Of a DNA stretch of 12,612 bases, positions 1-5,821 are shown one piece after another. Position 1 is the first letter of the stretch, and each line of letters begins with the position of its first letter. Origin of the DNA: a bacterium (GTDB lineage Bacteria > Methylomirabilota > Methylomirabilia > CAVQYV01); the NCBI GenBank assembly GCA_043800755.1, contig JAZDMQ010000157.1, forward strand, positions 1 to 12,612, given 5' to 3'. The translations under genes were made by a program, and so were the position numbers. The notes under the pieces were generated by a model. That model made no database searches. It was given only the letters and a program-made list of their open reading frames with translations, and was not told the DNA's origin.

Positions 1-149
1 TTCGGGTGATTGAATTGGAGGAAGGCCAGGATCACCTCTCCCCCTCCCAGGCCCTCCTTCACCTGGGCGGCGATCTCTTCCAGCTCTTCCTCTGCCTCTG
101 TGTTCTTGCTCCCGTGGGCCAACAGGATCACACCCTCCCCCCTCTCCAT
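1..149 (-). CDS. cbiX: CbiX/SirB-family sirohydrochlorin chelatase, N-terminal part (runs off window start)
   Basis: Not in the ORF track. Manual translation from ATG at 149 gives MERGEGVILLAHGSKNTEAEEELEEIAAQVKEGLGGGEVILAFLQFNHP. The hydrophobic strand + AHGS and AFLQ...P motifs match the CbiX N-terminus. It starts 3 nt after the cobU stop. Confidence 0.8.
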   Translation of the reverse strand, partial: MERGEGVILLAHGSKNTEAEEELEEIAAQVKEGLGGGEVILAFLQFNHP

Positions 150-152
150 CGC

Positions 153-677
153 TCAGCCTTTCAGTTTCATGGGTAATCCGGCCACACAGAAATAGACGGC
201 ATCCGCGGCCTGGACCAGGGTCTGATGAGCCCTGCCGGTCCAATCCCGAAAGGCCCGGGCCAGGGTATTCTCCGGCACAATCCCCATCCCCACCTCATTG
301 CTCACCAAGAAGAGCTGCAGGCCATCCCGCCTTCCTGCCTCGCAGATGAGCTCCAATTCCTCCTTCAGGGACTCCTCGTCCAGATCTACCCCGGCCGCCA
401 TCAGGCGATTGGAGATCCAGAGGGTGAGGCAATCCACCAAGATGACCTCGAATTGGGGGCCGATGCGCCCCAGGAGCCCTCCGAGATCCAATGACTCCTC
501 GAAGAGCTCCCAGCCCACTCCCCGCTTCTTCTGGTGGCGTTCGATGCGCTCGGCCATCTCGGCATCGCCGGCCTGGGCCGTGGCCACAAAGGCCTTGCGG
601 CCCGCGACCTCCTGGGCTAACCGCAGGGCCAGATCGCTCTTGCCGCTCCGCGCCCCCCCGAGGATCAAGGTGATCAT
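153..677 (-). CDS. cobU: Bifunctional adenosylcobinamide kinase / adenosylcobinamide-phosphate guanylyltransferase
   Basis: Motifs LILGGARSGKS (P-loop), ATA...D.EM..RI..H, VDCLTLW, VSNEVGMGIVP and R.FRD..G. SD GGGGGA lies upstream of ATG 677. Confidence 0.96.
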   Translation of the reverse strand: MITLILGGARSGKSDLALRLAQEVAGRKAFVATAQAGDAEMAERIERHQKKRGVGWELFEESLDLGGLLGRIGPQFEVILVDCLTLWISNRLMAAGVDLDEESLKEELELICEAGRRDGLQLFLVSNEVGMGIVPENTLARAFRDWTGRAHQTLVQAADAVYFCVAGLPMKLKG

Positions 678-686
678 GAAATCCCC

Positions 687-740
687 CTAAACGAAAAACC
701 CTCTGCCCGCTTCAGGCTGAGGGTTGATCTTTCTGGCCAT
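687..740 (-). CDS. Putative 17-aa leader peptide (uORF) MARKINPQPEAGRGFFV
   Basis: SD GGGAGAGG (755-748), 7-nt spacer, ATG at 740. The open frame spans the terminator, and its TAG (689-687) overlaps the cobU SD. Confidence 0.45.
   Translation of the reverse strand: MARKINPQPEAGRGFFV
689..725 (-). terminator. Intrinsic terminator in the cob leader
   Basis: Minus strand reads AACCCUC-A-GCC-UGAAGCG-GGC-A-GAGGGUU followed by UUUCGUUU, just upstream of the cobU RBS. Confidence 0.75.
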
Positions 741-784
741 GCCGTTACCTCTCCCCCCCTCGTCGAAGGAGACTCAGCGGAATA

Positions 785-980
785 TCCCCAGGCAGGTCTT
801 CTGGCTTTCGGATCGCTACAGCCCAGCGCCTTCCCCGATGCTTTACGAGTGGCATGTTGCCGGCCATTCCCCGATTACAGTGGCGCGCCCGCGATGGAAT
901 CGTCCCCCGCTAACCATCTCGCGGGGGCCTGCACCATCTTCCCTATTCTATCCCGCCCGATGGGCGAGATCACCTGGGGA
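785..980 (-). ncRNA. Cobalamin (AdoCbl) riboswitch
   Basis: Minus-strand hallmark motifs occur in the expected order: AGGUG...AAUAGGGAA...GGUGCA...GCCACUGUAA...GCCACU...GGGAAGG...AGCCAGAAGACCUGCC (B12 box). An 8-bp closing helix is formed by 973-980 and 785-792. It lies upstream of cobU-cbiX. Confidence 0.95.
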
Positions 981-1008
981 CCAAAATCAGATGTGAACGA
1001 CATTCCTC

Positions 1009-1037
1009 ATATAATACAAATCCCCTTCCCTTGTCAA
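1009..1037 (-). promoter_or_regulatory. Putative sigma70 promoter for the riboswitch/cob operon
   Basis: Perfect TTGACA (1037-1032) with an AT-rich TATTATAT -10 region 15-17 nt downstream, about 30 nt before the riboswitch. Confidence 0.55.
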
Positions 1038-1062
1038 GGTTGCGGCGACCTCTTTTCCCTCA

Positions 1063-1091
1063 TTGACAAGCACCCGATAAGATTATATTTT
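1063..1091 (+). promoter_or_regulatory. Putative divergent sigma70 promoter for the SDR cluster
   Basis: TTGACA at 1063-1068, 17-nt spacer, TATTTT at 1086-1091 (TATATT at 1084-1089 is an alternative). Confidence 0.55.
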
Positions 1092-1110
1092 GCCCCAAAC
1101 GGACCGTTAG

Positions 1111-1231
1111 TACGGGGATATATTCATCTCCAAATCCTCCTCAGAAAAAGCATCCAGGTAAGGGAACTCGACCCCGGTACCCCAGAGGGCAGATCTGCCC
1201 TGGAGGCCTTTCTAAAGACAAAAAGAGGCAT
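1111..1231 (+). pseudogene. Frameshifted relic paralogous to the N-terminal region of the acetyltransferase at 3027-3749
   Basis: Aligns by hand to 3111-3233 at about 86/123 nt with two 1-nt deletions. Restored translation YGDIFISKSSSEKxIQVRELDPGTPEGRSALEAFLKxKKRH versus HREIFISKTSSGKGINVRELDPKTPEGRTALKAFLKVPKRH. Confidence 0.85.
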
Positions 1232-1296
1232 TGGAGATGTTGTCTGGTTCGGGATCCGCAGGGCTCAACAACGGCGCAGCTCAACAGGAGACGACT

Positions 1297-2070
1297 ATGC
1301 CAATTGGACGGGACCTCTTCGATTTGACGGGACGAATTGCGATCGTAACGGGCGCAGCCTCTGGGCTGGGAGAAGCCATATCGTATGGTCTGGCTGTGTT
1401 TGGAGCCGACATTGTGGCGGTCGATGTCGAGGCGGCTGGCCTGGGGCGCGTTTGCGAGAAGGTGAAGGGGATGGGCCGAGCTGCGTTGCCCGTCATTTGC
1501 GATGTACGCTCTGCTGAAGAAATACAATCGATGGTGGCGCAATGCGTGGATAGGTTCGGCAGAATCGATGTCCTGGTGAACAATGCCGGCATTAGTCGAA
1601 GGGCCCTCGCGGAAGAGATGACGCATGATCAATGGGATGATGTCCTCGCGGTGGACCTGACCGGCCCGTTTCTCTGCTGCCAGGAAGTTGGACGAACCAT
1701 GATACGGCAGGGCGGTGGGAGGATCATCAACATCGCCTCGGTTGCGGGGCTGGTCGGCCTGAGGACAGGCAACGCGAACTACTGCGCCGCGAAGGGCGGA
1801 CTCATTTCGATGACCAGAGCCCTGGCGCTCGAATGGGCCAAACACAATGTGCTCGTCAATGCCGTTGCCCCCACCCATATCCGCACACCGCTCATCGAAG
1901 CAGTTCTTGAGGATGCTGAGAAGAAGGCCTACTTCCTCGGCAACATCCCCCTCGGTCGACTGGGCGAAGCAAGCGAGGTCGTCGGGCCGGTCATATTCCT
2001 GGCGTCCGATGCTGCCACGCTGATCACCGGGACGGTGTTGTGCGTGGACGGTGGGCACACCGCCCAATAG
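1297..2070 (+). CDS. Classical SDR-family NAD(P)-dependent oxidoreductase (FabG/KduD/gluconate 5-dehydrogenase-like)
   Basis: Motifs TGAASGLG, VNNAG, catalytic S...YCAAK, VNAVAP and VDGG. Start reassigned to ATG 1297 after SD AGGAG (1286-1290). Confidence 0.93.
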   Translation: MPIGRDLFDLTGRIAIVTGAASGLGEAISYGLAVFGADIVAVDVEAAGLGRVCEKVKGMGRAALPVICDVRSAEEIQSMVAQCVDRFGRIDVLVNNAGISRRALAEEMTHDQWDDVLAVDLTGPFLCCQEVGRTMIRQGGGRIINIASVAGLVGLRTGNANYCAAKGGLISMTRALALEWAKHNVLVNAVAPTHIRTPLIEAVLEDAEKKAYFLGNIPLGRLGEASEVVGPVIFLASDAATLITGTVLCVDGGHTAQ

Positions 2071-2083
2071 GCTTGAGGTCACC

Positions 2084-2968
2084 GTGGGAAAGAAGATCCT
2101 CCTGATAGGAAACCCTGTTGCCGGAGGCGGAAGGGCGAAGCGGCTGATGGCAGACCTCCTGCAGACGCTGCGACAGAGAGGCTATCTGGTCGAGACATTC
2201 CTGACCGGTTCTGCCGGAGATGCGACCCGCCGGGCTCGGGACATTGAAGCTGACGTGGATGTGCTCGTGGTGGTGGGGGGAGATGGTACCCTCAACGAGA
2301 TCCTCAATGGCCTTCCCGACCCATCCCAGACTCCCATAGCGTACCTCCCCACGGGGACTGCCAACGTCCTCGGCCGCGAGCTCGGACTGCCGAAAAGAGC
2401 AGAGGATCTTATTCAGATTCTTGAGAGCGGCCATCTCCGCCGACTGGACATGGGGCTGTTGGGGGAAGGCCGGTTCTTGATGATGGCCAGTGCCGGACTC
2501 GATGCCATGGTGACGGAGGAGGTGCGAAGGCGGAGAGGTGGAACCCTCGGGTACCTCGGCTACCTGATGCCCATCCTGAGGGCTCTCCAGCGCTACCAAC
2601 CGCCTGAGCTCAAGGTGACCGTCGATGGAGGAGAGCAGATCCCCGGCGCTTTTTCCGTGGTGAGCAATACGAGAAACTATGGCGGGATCTTCTCCTTCGC
2701 CGATCGGGCTCGATGCGACTCCGGACACCTCGACGTCTGCGTCTTTCCCAGGGGGACCCTGCCGGCTCTCATCTGGTACTACCTTGCCGCCCTCCGCGGC
2801 CGGGTCTCGAGGCGGACCGATGTTCGCTATCTGACGGGGAGCCGCATCAGGATTGAGTCCAGAGAGCCGGTGGCGGTCCAGGCGGACGGCGATCCCGCTG
2901 GGGTTACCCCCGTGGATATCCGGGTTCTGCCGGCCACTGTGCCGGTCCTTGTCCCGCCTGGTAGGTAA
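2084..2968 (+). CDS. Diacylglycerol kinase family (YegS/Rv2252/BmrU) lipid kinase
   Basis: Motifs NPVAGGG, GGDGTLNE, PTGTANV, N...YGG and QADGD. Start reassigned to GTG 2084 after GAGGT. Confidence 0.92.
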   Translation: MGKKILLIGNPVAGGGRAKRLMADLLQTLRQRGYLVETFLTGSAGDATRRARDIEADVDVLVVVGGDGTLNEILNGLPDPSQTPIAYLPTGTANVLGRELGLPKRAEDLIQILESGHLRRLDMGLLGEGRFLMMASAGLDAMVTEEVRRRRGGTLGYLGYLMPILRALQRYQPPELKVTVDGGEQIPGAFSVVSNTRNYGGIFSFADRARCDSGHLDVCVFPRGTLPALIWYYLAALRGRVSRRTDVRYLTGSRIRIESREPVAVQADGDPAGVTPVDIRVLPATVPVLVPPGR

Positions 2969-3026
2969 ACATGGGCTACCCAACGCTCACTTCTTAATCC
3001 TTTTAATCCTTGCCTTGGAGGATACG

Positions 3027-3749
3027 ATGCGGGAGAGGGAAATCAAAGAGACGATGGAGCGGGTCACCCGGGAGATCATCTCCCGCTGCATCAAGTACTC
3101 CCGGCGGTGCCACCGGGAGATCTTTATCTCCAAGACCTCCTCCGGAAAGGGCATCAACGTGAGAGAGCTCGACCCCAAGACCCCGGAAGGGAGGACGGCC
3201 CTGAAGGCCTTCTTGAAGGTGCCCAAGCGCCATTATACGATCTATGGGCTGGGGAGCCCGTCGGAGAAGAACCCCGTGAACTGGCGCAAGGTCAACCTGG
3301 GCTTTCTGCGGCGCACAGCAAATACGCTGGTGATCTTTCTCACCATGGCCCTCAAGGGCACACCTTTCAAGATCAGGCTCTACCGGCTGTTAGGGGTTCA
3401 CATCGGACAGGATACGGAGATCATGATGGGGGCTTGGTTGGATCATTTCCGGCCCGAGCTCATCTTCATCGGCGACCGCACCCTGATCGGGGCCTTCACC
3501 CGGATTACCGTCCACGCCTATGAGGGCCTGGGCAAGTTCCGGTACGGGGTGGTCTCCATCGGCTCGGATTGCACGATCGCCAGTGGAACCGGCATGGGGG
3601 TGATCCAGATCGGGGATCGAGTGAGGACCCTGCCCAACACGGTGCTCTCCCCTTACTATATCAAGGTCCCGGATGGCGCAGTGGTGGGGTATCAGAAGCC
3701 GGCCTGCGCGGTCGGGGGCGCCGGGGCGGAGCCGGAATCCCAGGATTGA
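3027..3749 (+). CDS. Left-handed beta-helix (hexapeptide repeat) acyltransferase, YvoF-like, with N-terminal extension
   Basis: LYRLLGVHIG...LDHFRPELIFIGDRTLIGAFTRITVHAY...GVVSIGSDCTIA...VPDGAVVG resembles the YvoF/LbH acetyltransferase pattern. SD GGAGG precedes ATG 3027. Confidence 0.8.
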   Translation: MREREIKETMERVTREIISRCIKYSRRCHREIFISKTSSGKGINVRELDPKTPEGRTALKAFLKVPKRHYTIYGLGSPSEKNPVNWRKVNLGFLRRTANTLVIFLTMALKGTPFKIRLYRLLGVHIGQDTEIMMGAWLDHFRPELIFIGDRTLIGAFTRITVHAYEGLGKFRYGVVSIGSDCTIASGTGMGVIQIGDRVRTLPNTVLSPYYIKVPDGAVVGYQKPACAVGGAGAEPESQD

Positions 3750-3794
3750 CGCCTCGAAAGGGCGGATTTGTTTCATCTCATGAAAGGAGGAACC

Positions 3795-4181
3795 ATGACG
3801 AAACGGGTCTTTCACAAAGAGGAGGGGGAGAAGCTGACCCTCAAGGGGCCGGATCGGACCGTCTATCTGATCGTGGAGCCGGCGACCTCGGATACCAAGG
3901 AGTTCTTGATGGGGATCGTGGAGGTCCCGCCTGGAAGCAGCATCCCCAATCACGCCCACACCGGGGAAGAGGAGATCATGTTCGTCTACGAGGGCCAGGG
4001 ATTGGCAACCGTAGATGGAGCGGAATATGAGGCGAGCAAGGGGAGCATCGTCCTGACGCCGATCGGATGCGAGCACGGATTCACCAACAACGGGAAGGAA
4101 AAATTATCTATCGCCTTTTTCTACTCACCGCCCGGGATTGAAAAGCTCCTTCGGCAGAGGGCAGCGGCCCAGCAGAAGTGA
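3795..4181 (+). CDS. Cupin domain protein
   Basis: Cupin metal motifs PPG...HAH..EEE.MFVYEG and P.G.EH...N.G. Strong SD AAAGGAGG precedes ATG 3795. Confidence 0.9.
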   Translation: MTKRVFHKEEGEKLTLKGPDRTVYLIVEPATSDTKEFLMGIVEVPPGSSIPNHAHTGEEEIMFVYEGQGLATVDGAEYEASKGSIVLTPIGCEHGFTNNGKEKLSIAFFYSPPGIEKLLRQRAAAQQK

Positions 4182-4237
4182 TGTAAAGGGAGGCCAACGC
4201 AAAAGGGCCACTAAGAGAATCGGATTCCAGCATCTAC

Positions 4238-4260
4238 GAAGTTCGCCGAAGGCGAATTTC
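4238..4260. terminator. Hairpin between the convergent cupin and tRNA transcripts
   Basis: GAAGTTCGCC-GAA-GGCGAATTTC forms a 10-bp stem with one G-T pair, 3 nt from the tRNA CCA end. There is no clear U-tract. Confidence 0.45.
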
Positions 4261-4263
4261 CGT

Positions 4264-4359
4264 TGGAGGCCGGGTTCGGAGTCGAACCGAACAGGACACT
4301 TTCTAAGTATCCTCAACGGGTTTGCAGCCCGCGGGGAGCACCGTCTCCCTAAACCGGCC
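4264..4359 (-). tRNA. Atypical tRNA-Cys(GCA) with tRNA-Sec-like architecture (selC*-like)
   Basis: GGCCGGUU UA GGGAGA-CGGU-GCUCCC C GCGGG-CUGCAAA-CCCGU UG AGGAUACUU-AGA-AAGUGUCCU GU UCGG-UUCGACU-CCGA ACCCGGCC U CCA. It is 96 nt, with GCA anticodon, U73, encoded CCA, long variable arm and a selC-type D arm. Confidence 0.88.
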
Positions 4360-4447
4360 TCGTTGATGATGAATGAATACTTCTTGGCCATACGATCGAC
4401 TTCAGCTGCTTAATCCCAATGTTTCTTCGGCACGTTGCCTTGTCACC

Positions 4448-4819
4448 TCAGAAAGACACGACCCTGTCGGAATCCAAAACCCACTGAACCAAGTCTCGCA
4501 TCGAAGCGATTTCAGCACCTTCTAATATTTCACTTTGGTTCAACGACCGCTCTGATGCGCATACCCCACATATTTTCACTTTCGCCCCTTGAGCTATAGC
4601 AGCCTTAATGAGTTCTTCACAATTTGGCATCCTCTCATCCAGAACAGCCGGCATTTCAGAGGGTTTCTGTCCTTTCTTAGGCACAAAGACGGAGTCTTCA
4701 ATGAGAAATATATTCACCGAATGTCCCTCATGGAGGGCAGCCAGCACGAATCTCAAGGTGCTATATACCCTCTCCTTGCCATAAGGCGGTTCTCCGACCA
4801 CGACTGTGATGGTTGCCAT
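4448..4819 (-). CDS. DsrE/YchN-family sulfur relay protein
   Basis: Motifs PPYG.E..Y..LR, IFL..D.V...KKGQ.P, CGVC...R and terminal DRVVSF. SD AAGGAGG is present. Confidence 0.9.
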   Translation of the reverse strand: MATITVVVGEPPYGKERVYSTLRFVLAALHEGHSVNIFLIEDSVFVPKKGQKPSEMPAVLDERMPNCEELIKAAIAQGAKVKICGVCASERSLNQSEILEGAEIASMRDLVQWVLDSDRVVSF

Positions 4820-4881
4820 CTCTCTCCTCCTTCAACAAAGGATTCTGTCGCCTAATATCGGATAAAGGACCTCAGGGATCG

Positions 4882-4900
4882 AAAAAGGGGAAGTGCCCCC
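4882..4900 (-). terminator. Possible terminator of the nickel transport operon
   Basis: Minus strand GGGGG-CACU-UCCCC followed by UUUUU, downstream of the ATPase stop. The stem is short. Confidence 0.4.
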
Positions 4901-4937
4901 GCAGGGAGGGGGAGGAAGGGGGGGGGAGAGGGAGGAT

Positions 4938-5786
4938 TTACCCCTTTTCTCCCTCCCCCCTTTCCCTTTCGTGGGGGTGGTCATGGGTAAAGAAGTGGCC
5001 ATGCCCATGATGGTGCGCGATCTCCCCATGCCGATGGACATGTTCGTGGATGAGGTTGACCTCCAAGAGCAGGTCGAAGTTGTTTAAGATGGAGGAGGCG
5101 GACCCCTCGGCCACTACACTATGGCCTTCATCCATGACCAGGGCCCGATCCGCGATTTCCTCCACGATGGAGAGGTCATGGGTGGCGGTGATCAGGGTCT
5201 TCCCTGCCAGATGCAGTTCGGCCAGCAGCTCGATGAGCCACTGCTGGGTGCGGGGATCCAGGCCATTGGTCGGCTCATCGAGAATCAGCACCTGGGGATT
5301 GATGGAGAGGATGGAGCCGAGGGCCACCTTCTTCTTCTCCCCCCCGCTCAGGGCATAGGGAGGCCGATCCCGCAGCTCCCTGATCCCTAACATCTCCAGC
5401 ACATCCTCCACCCGCCGCAGGATCTCCTCCCGGGGCAGGTCTAACTGCAACGGCCCAAAGGCCACCTCTTCCCACACCACCGGGCAGAAGAGCTGCACAT
5501 CCGGATTTTGAAAGAGAAACCCCACCCGCTCCCGAAAGAAGCGATTGAACTCGGGGTCCTCCAGCCGCCTCTCGGTGAGCTCCTGGCCGAAGGCCAGCAG
5601 CTTGCCCGAGGAGGGGGGAAACAATCCATCCAGAAGGTGCATCAGGGTCGATTTTCCGGACCCGTTGGCCCCGAGGATGGCAATCCGCTCGCCCGGTTCC
5701 ACCTCGAAGCTGACCTCGCGCACGGCCGGGATCTTGTTGAGATAATAATAGCTGACATCCTGCAACTGAAAGACCGGATTGGACAT
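4938..5786 (-). CDS. cbiO: ECF transporter ATPase (CbiO/NikO) with His-rich C-terminal tail
   Basis: Motifs GANGSGKST, FQNPDVQLF, LSGGEKKKV, LDEPTNGLDP and ATHD. True start is MSNPVF at 5786; the longer ORF-track call overlaps cbiQ out of frame. Confidence 0.93.
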   Translation of the reverse strand: MSNPVFQLQDVSYYYLNKIPAVREVSFEVEPGERIAILGANGSGKSTLMHLLDGLFPPSSGKLLAFGQELTERRLEDPEFNRFFRERVGFLFQNPDVQLFCPVVWEEVAFGPLQLDLPREEILRRVEDVLEMLGIRELRDRPPYALSGGEKKKVALGSILSINPQVLILDEPTNGLDPRTQQWLIELLAELHLAGKTLITATHDLSIVEEIADRALVMDEGHSVVAEGSASSILNNFDLLLEVNLIHEHVHRHGEIAHHHGHGHFFTHDHPHERERGEGEKG

Positions 5787-5821
5787 CTCTTTCTCCGGGC
5801 AGTCCTCAGGGGTGGACTCGA

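Noticed and set aside
1263..1286. CAACGGCG and the GCTCAACA repeat as an ANTAR target
   Set aside because: No closing stems, no second hairpin and no overlapping terminator.
849..1517. 222-aa plus-strand ORF
   Set aside because: It overlaps the riboswitch antisense, both promoters and the SDR out of frame. Only the relic segment looks protein-like.
1141..2983. Long antisense ORFs 1141-2082 and 2024-2983 (also 3390-4076, 5960-6808 and the same-strand off-frame 9048-9899)
   Set aside because: These are shadow frames of well-supported GC-rich genes, with no recognisable motifs.
1111..3233. Repeat pair as a diversity-generating retroelement TR/VR
   Set aside because: More than half of the mismatches are at non-adenine positions and many are synonymous. 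There are indels, the target is N-terminal, and no reverse transcriptase is in the window.
4264..4359. Canonical selC (tRNA-Sec), or tRNA used as an integration site
   Set aside because: The anticodon is GCA not UCA, the discriminator is U not G, and the acceptor branch has 12 positions not 13. No duplicated tRNA 3' end or integrase is in the window.
4448..4450. Selenocysteine readthrough of the DsrE TGA
   Set aside because: The protein ends at the normal family C-terminus (VVSF), no SECIS-like hairpin is evident, and readthrough would run into the tRNA.
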